Both the position numbers and the translations under genes were made by a program. A DNA stretch of 63,551 nt, the filler included, from Intoshia linei (lineage: Eukaryota > Animalia > Orthonectida): NCBI GenBank assembly GCA_001642005.1. It is 4 parts of 4 records of this genome, joined end to end, with 100 filler letters (N's around TTAATTAATTAA, not from the genome) between each part and the next. Parts side by side here need not be neighbours in the genome. Positions count along the whole stretch, not along the records: positions 1 to 23,620 come from LWCA01000555.1; 3 more parts are not named here. One strand, 5' to 3'. The notes below the pieces were generated by a model. That model did no database searches, was not told the origin of the DNA, and worked only from the letters and a program-made list of their open reading frames with translations. Position 1 is the first letter of the stretch. Every line of letters begins with the position of its first letter. Positions 1-12,181 of this stretch are shown here, one piece after another.

Positions 1-700
1 ACATGTAAATTAAATGTTTTAAACTCGATTAATAGCTCGACTAAAAAAATTCTTAGTAAATGGGACACCCTGTATCTTTGAGAAGCAAAATTTTTGACAA
101 AACTGTAATTCGTATATAAAATCTCATAGAAATTATACAACACGGGCATAAGGTTGATAAAATTTTAAGAACGCTAAATTCGTAACTGTTGGACCCATAC
201 AAGTTGTATCATAATGATACATTTAAAAAAGTTTTTTGCGTCATATGTATATTTTTTCACTGTTAAATGTTCTACCATAGAATTCACTCCTAAATAGCAA
301 CCTTTCCACTTCTATTAAAAAAATTTATTTATACTATTTTTCAGATTCTTTACGGAGTGAAGTAACAACAGTACCATACATACTTTCAAATGCCTACAAA
401 AATTAGATCGGTTACATGCATTAGATATATGTGATTAGTCATATGATAGACGATGAATTAGATAACGACACCGTTAGTCGACTTGAAATTAATAATAATT
501 ATAAAAAATAATATAATAATAAATTTCAGTTCAAAATATTATGGGTATTTTTAAATTGCAGAGCAGGCCGATGTTTTTGAAATAATATTAAAAACAAACA
601 CCGCAGATGTTATTTTTATTTGCATTTCTCATACCGTACAACCCTGTATTTTTTTAATTTCTAAAATTCGATCAAAACGTTAACACCCTAACCTGTGTAC

Positions 701-913
701 CAGTGGTTTTCAACCTTTTTGTGTTCGTGACCCCCTTATAAACATAAAAAATTTTTGCGACCCAAAAATTTTCTATATACTCCAAACATCTTATCAATCC
801 ACATACATGAAAATATTAAAAAAGCATATACAGTTTAATTTATATTTTATACTGTGTTCAAATTCTCATGACCCTCCTGATAAATTTCGCGACTCCCCGG
901 TTGAAAACCACTG
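701..913. mobile_element. hAT (Buster/Charlie-type) MITE, copy 1
   Basis: TIRs CAGTGGTTTTCAACC...GGTTGAAAACCACTG; 8-bp TSD ctgtgtac/ctgtatac; inverted sister copy at 59870-60083. Confidence 0.9.
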
Positions 914-939
914 CTGTATACTATCATAAATATAATTAC

Positions 940-1468
940 ATTAATGTAAAATTTGTTTGGTTTTCCCATTATATCAAAGGGCGCTTCATCTACAATATAC
1001 ATAATAACAATTATAAACAGTATTCAAAATAATAGAATGGATAAAAAGGAATTTTAGAAGCAAAATTTTTATCATAAATCAGTCTTAGTTCCCAAAAAAT
1101 TTAAAATGGTATCTGAAAAAAATTTGATAATATTTTCACAGTATATTACAGTGATGGCAAAACGGTAAATATCATTGTCAAAGATAATCCTTACTAAATA
1201 AAGTAATTTAGTTAAAAATGTATGCCTGTTCCAGTTTATTTAAGAAAGTAAGAGGAGTCAAGTTTTAAAAATTCCATATTTCTAATACAGTTTTTCGAGT
1301 CATCTTTTATAGCAAATTTTATTTTAATAAATTGAGTCTAAGTTTAAAGACACCAATTATCCTTTTTTTGAATTAAAACTAGTTCTAGAATTATAAAAAA
1401 TACACAATCTGATCATTATTATGATAATTTTCAATTTTAAAATCTTATATTTTCCAAAACCATAAACA

Positions 1469-1510
<42 letters not shown>

Positions 1511-3197
1511 CACATAAACAAATTACGCTATTTTATAAAAATAAAAAAAGTTCTAGAATTTTATACAACATAAATTGTGGGATGTTTTAAAATCATCAAC
1601 AATGTCATAAATCGAAACCCAAAAAAATAATTTTCACGATCAAAACCTCAGGTTACTCTTTTTTATGAAATCAAAATAGTTCTATAATTTTAAAAAACAA
1701 TACAGTTGATAATTATATCTAGTTAACACACACAAAAAATTTCAAAGCAAGGTTAAAACCGGACACCCTAGTATTTATATAAACTATATATAAGAAAATA
1801 ATGGTCGCCTCAAAATAGTTTAGAAAACTAAGCCCCTCATTGTATATTCAATATAATCAATTACGTTCATCAGAAGCCAATGTTGAATATTCACTTTTTG
1901 GCCTAAATAAATTAATACAATAAAAAAATTATATAAACCATTCGTCTGGTTTAAGTAATCGAGTGTGTCTAAGTGCATTATCTGGATCATATTCAAAAGC
2001 TATAGCTGTCGCTGGGTTCCATTTGGCATGTTCTTTTCCGAATCCCTTTCTAGCATATGCTTTTAACCTTAGTTGCTGTCCAGGTCTCAATTTGACAATG
2101 ACAACATCTAAAATGATTAATAAATATATTAAAATATAGTAAATCATTAATTTTATATCTGAAAAATAACACATACCATTGGACCACTTTAAATATAAAC
2201 AACTCACCACCAGTGAGACACATGACCGTGAAAAGGGGTCATATGGTTGGTCTACAATAATGAGAGTCAACTTTTTTAATTTATTAACAGGGTCAATCGA
2301 AAAAAGGTTGAGAAACGCTGTCTTATAGAATTACTATATAAGTTAAATTTACAACTAATCACTTTATGTGTTCATATTATTATTAACATGTAAATAATAC
2401 CATCCATTCGACCATAATCATCTGCAGTAATTTGTTTAGAGGTGGACTAAATAGAATGTAAAAATATCCACATCAAAAGTACAGGTGCTGCAATCGAATT
2501 TGACGAAATTAAATCGCTAGCTTTAACCGACAAGTTTCCTTCCGTACCACACTTCACATCCAAATTAAATTCAATGGCACAATCATCGCAGTATTCAGCG
2601 CAAAAGCAATCCTATTGTCAAAGATTAAAACTATTTGAAAGCACATTTAAAGTGGTTATTACTCTTGCAAATCGAATTTTGTCAATTATCGCATCACTAA
2701 CAATAGGAATCAAACCTAATCTATGAGCAATAAATTCATCAATCAAAACTGAACTATTTCGACTAATTTGAACCCAATCGATGGCTATAATTATAAATTA
2801 AAAATGTATCATACAAAAGAAGAAAGTTTTATTTCCATCTGAATAATATGCTTTTAGTGTTCTGTTTAAAACCTTTAAATACACTAAAGACATTTTACCT
2901 CAATGACTATTCGTAAAAATTACCATTTCATAAAATTATTATCAGGTAAAAATACTAGGAAATAAAAACTATAAAAACATACCCAATGTAGGAACTTCTG
3001 AAAGGATAATTCGTCTGAGACTATTGACCACACTAAAAATAAAAAATATTAAAATTTTTTACTTTAATACACATAAGCGTGAAATTATTAAATGTAAACA
3101 AATAAGTCAACCTCAAATCAGTATCCCTAACGGATAATTTAATATTCTCATCAGTAATTTGCAAAACATCTACAATGGGTTTATTTGCGTACGGCAT
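940..3197 (-). CDS. POLR2C: RNA polymerase II subunit RPB3 (last exon not identified in window)
   Basis: Spliced exons 3197-3112, 3032-2983, 2784-2663, 2611-2483, 2446-2401, 2107-1939, 1902-1865 and 989-940. They give [20 protein letters not shown]..., [12 protein letters not shown], the Zn motif [39 protein letters not shown] and [16 protein letters not shown]. All introns are GT-AG. Confidence 0.95.
1473..1510. repeat. (TA)n microsatellite in an RPB3 intron
   Basis: Run of alternating TA with one interruption. Confidence 0.85.
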
Positions 3198-3372
3198 GAA
3201 ATTTTTAAAATATAAATTAAAGATAATTTTATTGAAAATGTTACATGGTAACTATATCATATTTGTGAAGTTCATTGTACGCCGTCATGGATAATTAAAA
3301 ATTGTAAACTTCAATAAATATATCATAAATGTGACGTGTTAATTTTATATTTGTTATAGAAACATACATTAC

Positions 3373-3957
3373 ATGAGAAGGGATAAAAGGGAAAAATGTA
3401 CTAAATCAAGAAACTATTATACATTTAGATTCAGAACTAGACACTGTTCGGCGACAGAATGAAGACAGTGAACAACAATTGTACGATAAAGCCAAATCTC
3501 TCAAACAGGCATTTGTTGATGATGTTTATAGTTTAGGGTTGGGCAACCTTTTTCCTAGATTATAGTCGACATGCTTAATAACTATTTATATAGTACAATT
3601 TTCATCAAAGGTTGATTGATTAAAAACGTTTACATACTGCTCGCTCAGGTTCAGTTTGCCCGGTCCTATGTTATACAACTGAACACTATATTTATATTTG
3701 TAGATTAGTATAGCAATAGGGGACTGTGTTAATAGACAAAATTCTTTCATTGACAAAATTGTAATATGAAAATGTATTAACTGTGTATAATTTTGTAGGC
3801 TTCATCAATGGAGTCTAGTTCATCTAGTCTCGGTCACGTGATGCGATATGTTAAGGGAATTTCTCGGATGGGAGGAAGATCAATGCTGTGTTATCTTTTT
3901 ATATTTTTTTTACTGATTATATTCATTTGTTGGATTTTCTATAAATTTTTCAAATAA
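3373..3957 (+). CDS. BET1: BET1-like Golgi Qc-SNARE
   Basis: Not in the ORF track. Exons 3373-3397, 3429-3508, 3704-3760 and 3799-3957 give MRRDKREKYSELDTVRRQNEDSEQQLYDKAKSLKQ|ISIAIGDCVNRQNSFIDKI|ASSMESSSSSLGHVMRYVKGISRMGGRSMLCYLFIFFLLIIFICWIFYKFFK*. This is a SNARE heptad with central Q and a C-terminal TM helix. An alternative first exon at 3238-3247 is also in phase. Confidence 0.85.
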
Positions 3958-3997
3958 TCTCCATATCACCGAATCAATGATGCGTGTATTTGAAAAA

Positions 3998-6900
3998 ATG
4001 AAATTTGTAAAATATATTTTAATAAATATTTGTAATACTATGTGTAATTTTGTTAACTTTGATTTTAGTGAGTTTAGTGTTGGCACAAGATCCAAATATA
4101 TTTATAAGCAATACTGACCCACCTCGTGAGGGAAATTTGGTTACTGTTAGACAAGGTGAGGATGTCATAATAGATTGTCGTGCGGAGAATATGTTTCCCA
4201 ATAATAAGGTTACGTTTTGAAAACCACTAGTTAATATTTAGGTTGTATGGCAAAAATCGTACTTTGACCGTTATGATCGTCGTCAAATTGTTCTTATATC
4301 AACCGGAGTTGATGTTGAAGACACCATCAATCATGCTATCGAAAAACCAACAGAATATACTTGGCGTTTACGCATTAAGAATGTTCAATTTTCTGCAGAT
4401 GGAAATTACTCTTGTATTGTCCAGCTTAATAAAATATCCTTAAAAGTAATATAATTTTAATACAGCGTTCCCTCCTACATGTACATCAAATTGTATAAAA
4501 ATATCCGGTATGCCGTTCCCTATACTCCATTTTTGTAGTTCCTAAAGTAAGACAATGGGAGAGCGCTGTAATTGTATGATTGATAATTTCTTTCAGTTTG
4601 ATCATATTCAACTCAAATCATGGCAAGAACCTATAATTAATAAGATTGAAGGTACTAATGATATTACTGTATCTTCTGGAGATACAATTCATTTGGTTTG
4701 TAATGCTACGGTAAATTTTCATTTATAATCAATTTAAACAACATATTCAAAGGGCAGACCAACGTCGCAGATTGAATGGATGCGGTTAGGTGGTGCTCCT
4801 TTACCAAATGGAATTAATATTTTTTCTGGAGAAATTTTAAGAATCGAAGAAATTGAAGCTTCACAGCGTGGTTTTTACCAGTGCAAAGCCATGAACCGCT
4901 ACGGCGTCGACAATAAAATTATAAGAGTGCGGATGATTTGTAAATGGATATATTGATCCAATATAATTTAATTTAGTTCAACCAATTATACAAGACCAAG
5001 AAGCAAATATTTATCAATCTGTTGGTTATAGAACCGAGTTAATTTGTATCGTAGAATCAAATCCCGAGCCTCATCATCTTTCATGGTCTTTTGTTGGTAG
5101 AGAAATCTTGGATCTTCCTGGAATGTACGCTTTTATTATCAAATCATTACCTAAATCCCTCTTTGGTGTTTGAAAAATTAAAAACAATTTTAAATTTGTG
5201 TATACTACATAAGGCTTATGCCGTATGGAGACAAGACTAAATTTTCCAGCGTCCGTCATTGCGTCTTTAGAATATGAAGAAGTGTTTGTAAATACGGTTA
5301 TGGTAGCTTTGGTGCTGATTTCATATCCTGTTCACAATTTAATTTAACCTATATATAAAGCTGTGTACAATGTACACATTCTATATCCCTCCATGTGTCG
5401 ATTACACATGAACAGTAAAGTTCTGCATAGCTTTCCAAATTTCGTGTTTCAACCGATAATTTTAGTTCGGATTGTGCTTAGCCACAATGTGTCAATACTC
5501 TAATACACACTATGTATTACACAGTAATTAGTTATAATCATTGCCAAAAAAAAAATAATAATTTTTCAATCGGACAGAGGTTACACTTGAAGTGTATATG
5601 TAGTATGATTCTGTACCCATATCAGGGTATGTAGTATAGCCGATGATTTTTTAACATAGTCTTTCAAACAAGATTTCACCGTTATATTAAAACTTGTGAT
5701 TCGTGACACCACAAAAGTGATCCAATCCTATATCAGCGGAGCATACTTTGAAACCTATAAACTTACATTTCATAAAATATTTTACTTAGTCCATCAAAAA
5801 TAATATTTCATCATACTACGGTGTAGTACAAGTACCTATTAAATTTTCTGCAATACACTCAGAAGTTCTTGTTCAGGTCGTATTGATAAGATTTTTTTAA
5901 ACTTTGTGTTCGTTTTCCTAACTTCAAACTAAACTTATTTAAAGGTTGATATTGATAAGAGTTCAATGAACAAGTCTTGTTCAGAGTTCATACTTCCATC
6001 CTGTTGAAAAAACTTTTGATGTGTTTGGGACCGTGTCGCAGGACCCTAGTAGTTAATAACTAGTATATGCCATATGACTGTTCAATAAAAATTGATAATT
6101 TGTAATTTATTATTAATATATGATTTCCTTTATACATAATGTACCCATTTGAAACTGCCATATAATTATTACATTGGAATACAAGTTATAATTAATCTAA
6201 TCTAATATAGATATAAATTGAACAAATTCAAGAGTGCCTTTGACAGAGTTATTTATGAACTCGTTATATACAATGTCAAAAAGTCCAGTTTTGGAAATTA
6301 TGTTTGTGAAGCTATCAATAGTATTGGTTCAACCACAAAAGTTGTGACATTATTGGGTAATACAAATATTATTTTTGAAATAAATTACGCCATCCCAATA
6401 TATTTTGATATGTAGTTGGTAATTGATGAATTAGAATAATTGAATAAAAACGTATTTCATATTTTTAAATTTGACCATCAAAATTCGTGTCCAGTCCGAT
6501 TTTAATGTTTTTTAATTTAACTGTAAAAAATAAAATTTTCTATTTAATAAATACATTTTATGTTATTTTTTAATTTCAATTATCGTAATTATAATCGGTT
6601 ATTGTTTAAACATTTCAGTGTTGTGATATAATAGTACAATATTACCTGTAGGTGTAATTTGAATTATTTGCGCCAACGTTTGTATAGTGTTGCCCGTTAA
6701 CACAATAACAATGCATTTATTTTACAATCAATATTATCTGGGTATATTTTTTAATTTTGCGCCAAATTTTCTTATTTCTTAATTAGATATTTTACGTTAT
6801 TACCCCCATTTATTTTAAATATTTTTTAGTTTTTGTGTATTTAAACAGAAAATTGTGCATACACAAATTTGTCAATCATTTTTTGCTTTAAATTTAATGT

Positions 6901-7203
6901 TATAGATAAAATTGCAAGATTCCTTGTAACCAATCAAAAACTTTTTGTTTATTTTTTGGCGCAATTTATACACAGACAATTTGTTATCTTTTTTATCGAT
7001 ATCACTATTTTTATTATATAAAAATTACAAATTGTGGTTTTATGTTTTAAATGTAAACGATTATTGTATTGTATAATTTAGAGTCCAAATCTCCTGTGGC
7101 ATCGATAAAACTTGGAAAAATCATGAGTGGATCATTTGCACCAAAAGGGTTTATTTTCGGAGGTGTTATATATGTTAATTTTTTATGTTTATTGTTTTTG
7201 TAA
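3998..7203 (+). CDS. Lachesin/IgLON-like protein: signal peptide, three Ig domains, GPI-type tail
   Basis: MKFVKYILINILSLVLAQDPN... Ig1 has IDCRAEN...VVWQK...WRLRIKNVQFSADGNYSC. Ig2 has LVCNATGRPTSQIEW...QRGFYQCKAMN. Ig3 has LICIVESNPEP...SSFGNYVCEAINSIG. The last exon (7082-7203) ends in hydrophobic GVIYVNFLCLLFL*. An in-frame ATG also exists at 3977. Confidence 0.88.
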
Positions 7204-7531
7204 AAAAATAAATTTCAAAATAAAACTACAGAATTAACCTAAGTACAAGTAAATTTTCTCCAATTGTATAACCCTACAACGTACATTGTAACCTAAACCT
7301 ACTAGTATATTTTGTGCAAATTTAGGAAACGAAGTTCTAATTATTGTTATGTATCCAATATAATAATGGTTTCTCGGACACTAAATCTGCAAAATTATAT
7401 TTTTCGTCAAAGTCGGAATTGTTATTTTTAACATTGACACTAAATATCTTAAATATTTGAGATTTCGTTGATATACATATTCTCAAGAACAATTCATCTT
7501 TATTAATATAAAAGCTGTAAATATAATATTG

Positions 7532-9748
7532 ATGTATTGTAGACGTTTTGTTGGAAAATTTCTAGTAGAGATAATCTTGAAAATGGATATAAATTTATTT
7601 AGACACAAAATGTTGGAATTTTTAATAAATTAAACACCACTTTAACTAAAAGAACATTAAAAATTCATGAACATGCAGCTATAGAATTATTGAATAATAT
7701 GGGTATTCCGACACCTCGACAATTTGTAGCCAATTCGCCGGATGAAGTTTATAGTGTCTGTGAAAAGCTGAGTATATTTTGATGTTCCTGTTACATTGAT
7801 ATTTAGAAAAAGAAACGGGAAAATCTGACGTCGTTATCAAAGCCCAAATTCTGGCTGGCGGTCGCGGTAAAGGTTTATTCGAGAGTGGTCTCAAAGGAGG
7901 AGTCAAGATACTTTTTAGGTAAATTAATTTTCAGAAATTATACATATCAGACAATTATAGTTCAAGTGAAGCCCAAGAAATGTCTTCCCGTATGCTGGGA
8001 CATAGAATTGTGACTAAACAAACGGGAAAACCAGGGATAATTTGCAGACAAGTCAGTTTATGTGAAAGATTATACTGCCGTAAAGAATTTTATTTCGCAA
8101 TTACTCTTGACCGTAGCAGTGCGGTAATGCCATGTGCATTAAATTCAATATATTGACACGTATCTTTAGAATGCCATTCTAATTGGTAGTTCAGCGGGTG
8201 GTGTCGACATTGAGCAAGTTGCCGAAGAAACTCCCTCAAAAATTTTCAAATTACCTGTTAACATTAATGAAAAACTTGATATGAAAAAGTTGAAAGAATT
8301 TACAAAACTGATGGGATTCGACAAAAAAAATATAGATCAAGTATTTAAAAATATACACCAGTAATTTAATGGTTAACTGGTTTTATTCTAGGCTTCAGAA
8401 ATTTTTAGCAAAATTTATAATTTTTTTATTGAAAAAGATTCTAATTTAATTGAAATCAATCCTATTGCCGAAAATAATGAAGGGCAGTGTAATTTTATAT
8501 TTGTGCCATTTATTTTTTCTTTTGTAGTGTATTGTATGGATTGTAAAATGATCTTTGATGATAATTCTTCTTTCCGACAGAAGGATATTTTTAAATTGAG
8601 AGATGATTTTGACTTGGATGAACGAGACATTGAAGCCAAAAAATTTGGATTAAATTATATTAGTCTTGATGGCAATGTGGGGTGTTTAGGTTTTTGTAAT
8701 GTTTATCTCGTTATATTTTTTTTTTAGTTAATGGGGCCGGTTTAGCCATGTCTACTATGGATTTAATTCAATTGTATGGAGGAAAACCTGCAAACTTTTT
8801 AGATGTTGGTGGTGGTGCATCAGCAAATCAAGTCACTGAAGCTTTTAGAATTATTTTATCTGATGATAAGGTAATTTTTAAAAATGTTACTTCTGATCAG
8901 CGTTTCTCAGCTGGGTAAAAATTAGATTAATTAGTAAATACAATTATCTAGTTTGCCAATCTCGGATTTTGAAAATTGTAGCCATAACTAAATCATGCAC
9001 TATTAATTATATATTAGAAAATGTTTAGTAACTTGGAGCACAGCCTCCCGAAAATAAATTTTTCGCATACGATGAATAGTCACATGTACGCCCTAGATAC
9101 TTCCCAAGATCTGGAATTGACAGTTTAAATTTGACACAAATTAGTTATGATATTCAAAAATATAATTTTTTATTCTCCTTTTGACAAAATTTTTTTAAAA
9201 TCCCCTTTTACAAAAACTTCGTCTGGCCTTCCGCCAACATGAGTCTCGAAACGGTAGGTTCGGCTCTATCTTGAAGTATAAAAAGTAGAAAGATACATTT
9301 TTTAAAATTAATCTTGTGTTTACGTTTAGTATGCTAGATATTATTTAGAGGGGTGATAGGGACCCTAAACCCTAAAATAATCACCGACATTGAGATATGG
9401 ATGGAATTACTAATTTAATTAGGTAGAAGCAATTTTTGTCAACATATTTGGAGGAATAATGAAATGCGACGTGATTGCTACCGGGATTATTGAAGCAGCG
9501 AAAACACTACACATAAAAATTCCAATAATAGTACGACTCGAAGGTAATGTATCATATTTAGTTTATATATTTATTTAAATGTAGGTACCAATGTTGACGA
9601 AGCAAAAGTATTAATAGCGAATAGTTCTTTTAAAATACTACCCTGTGATAGTCTCGGAGAAGCAGCTAAAATGGCGGTAAAAGTATCCGAAATTGTTCAC
9701 ATTGCCAAAAAGGCATCAATTGATGTCAAATTTGAACTACCAATATAG
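7532..9748 (+). CDS. SUCLA2: Succinyl-CoA ligase [ADP-forming] beta subunit, mitochondrial
   Basis: Basic presequence [11 protein letters not shown]|TQN..., [29 protein letters not shown]|[34 protein letters not shown], and C-terminal DVKFELPI* typical of the ADP-forming isoform. Confidence 0.93.
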
Positions 9749-10187
9749 TTTTAATTAAATACTTTTAGTATCCAACAAATTATTTGATTGACGATTAACG
9801 GGAGATATATTATGAAGTTCTGGTACAGATTCGTTTTTTTCGTTGGTTACGGCTTGCAAATCGTAAATAGAAAATCGTTTTATTCTAACTTTTTTTGATA
9901 AATAATGTTTCCAGAGCCCGGCAACTCTAAAATTTGATAAATCTTTATAATTTAATTGACAAAATTTTCAATGAAAAATAAAAATACAGTTTAAGAGGGG
10001 TACGTATACAGTGAGGTCATGGAGAGCTAATAGTGAGTGCGGTCATGAAAATAGTAACTACCTACAATAAAACAATTTTTTGTTCTTCCCCAATAAAACA
10101 TAGCTCAAAGTCGATATTTTCCCAATGATTGATATACATTGTAATTGGATTTTTATTTTAAGATTTTGATCAATATAATATTTTATA

Positions 10188-12072
10188 TTAATTCATATTT
10201 GGGTTTACCAATCTTAATTTGAAATTTTTGTAGAATAATCTATTAATTTGGAATGTTAGTTCCCTTGATGAACAGATCGGTCATATTGACCTTTCTAGAG
10301 TCTGTGTGACAGTTTGTGTACCACTGCGGCGACCCCTGCATTGGCGGATATAAAGAGTTTATAAATCAAAATGGTTTCACCCGCTATATAATCTTATTTA
10401 CATGTATGGCTTTACACCCATATTTAAATATTACAATTCAGATGCAATGATATCGCTAGCATTTTTGGATATAATTTTTATCATTAGTATACCATCCCTC
10501 TTTAAATAGTCTTTGACAAATTCGTCAATATCATTTACATTGGATTTTCCAATGTGTCCTATTGCAATCAATCTTTTCTAAATTTTCATTAAACTGGAAA
10601 GATCCTAAGATCAAACACAAAAATTGACCTTTATAAAAAATAGTTTACTGAATCCAGTATTTACTTTAGAAATAAAATTATGCACTCAAACCTAAATTCG
10701 TCAAGTTAATTATTTTTTTATCATTACTTGTTATTTCAACTTTTTGTACATTCTACATAATGTAATTGTTAGTAAATCTGTGATATAAAAATTTAATAGA
10801 CCTAAACACATAGTCTAGACTGTTAAAGAATGTTGACTCAATATTTTATTATTTCGAAAGTGGGTCAGTTTGAAAATAATTTTACTAGATTATCCGAATT
10901 GTAACGTTAGTCAATCCCTCATTTAATATTAAGCTTAGAAACAAGAATTAAATATTACAACATCAATAAATTTACCTTTACATAGTATTTATGTCTAGTC
11001 GATGGTATTATTCGGTAAGCCCAACTGAAAAGACTATACGTGGCCGTTAGTCCAACAATAATAATCCAAAACCAAATGAAAATACAAATTTTTTCAGTAA
11101 AAAAATTGATGGGTAACGTGCACTTTACAGTATGAGACTGAATAGACCCCAAAACCCTTATTTTGAAATCACAATACGTGACTGTGGGAAAAATATCAGC
11201 CGAAATCCATGGATCTCCAGCCAATAATGTTGTCAAAATAGTCCAAGCATATATTTGCATTTTGGTACTGATAAAATAGTTAATGAGGATCAGTTGAAAA
11301 AAGGCATTAATCGAATATAAAAACTTTATAAAAAGATAAATTATGGATAAATGGTTGCCATAAATCATTCTTCTTAGTATGTTTTGTCGTCGATGCATTC
11401 CCAATATTTGCTGTCGATTAATTTGAAAAAGATAGCGTCCCAAATAAGTAACCATAAAACATATTGCCTTTTGTTTTTCTTCAGGATTTTTACACTAAAA
11501 TGAAATATAAACTGCAACAACGGTTTCATTCGCTTTGTCCTTACAATGATACCCATGTAGGCCCAGGCTAAGAATCTCTGAAATATATATCTGTAAATGT
11601 ATAAACCTTTTGACATTGCATTCCAGCATAAGTAATTGATGAAACCGAAATTCCGCATGTTGTACTCAAGCCCAACCATACAGCTCGCGGTATATAGAAA
11701 AATATTGCTTGAGCCACAAAAAATAAGGAAACCCATTGATAATATGAGATAAACTTTTTATTTTTATCAATAATATTGGTGTCATTCGAGGATAAATAAT
11801 AATTATTTGTCACCCAACATATTCTATTTGTATACGAAATGTGACTTTCTGTGAAATGGGCAGGTGTCCAACAACTGACCTAGATAATATATTGTAAATT
11901 TGAAAAATATATAATGTACAGGATTGTCCACAATAAGTTTTGTTGTTATAATAGTGGCAAAAACTATAAGAAGAAACGTAGTGTGCTTACAGGATAGTCT
12001 GTCACTGAAACTATCTCCGCCACCTTCCTTTACTCCTCCCACATCCGCTAAAACCGACATTATTCGATCCAT
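10188..12072 (-). CDS. Innexin (3' end approximate)
   Basis: DSFSDRLS, SCWTPAHFT, CWV, signature YYQWV, FPTVTYCDF, CTLPINFFTEKICIFIWFW, FVKDYLKRDG. The terminal exon(s) below ~10433 are uncertain. Confidence 0.93.
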
Positions 12073-12181
12073 TGTAAGAGTTAATTAAGAAAATTAATTG
12101 AAATCAATAGAATAGCCAGGAGACTTGACGTATAAAAAATCAATAAAATTTAATGTATAAATTATATATTCTATGAAACAG

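Noticed and set aside
1-720. Final RPB3 exon (expected VESxG...)
   Set aside because: No acceptor followed by a matching peptide; the AG|GTTGAA hit is a MITE TIR. It probably lies outside the window.
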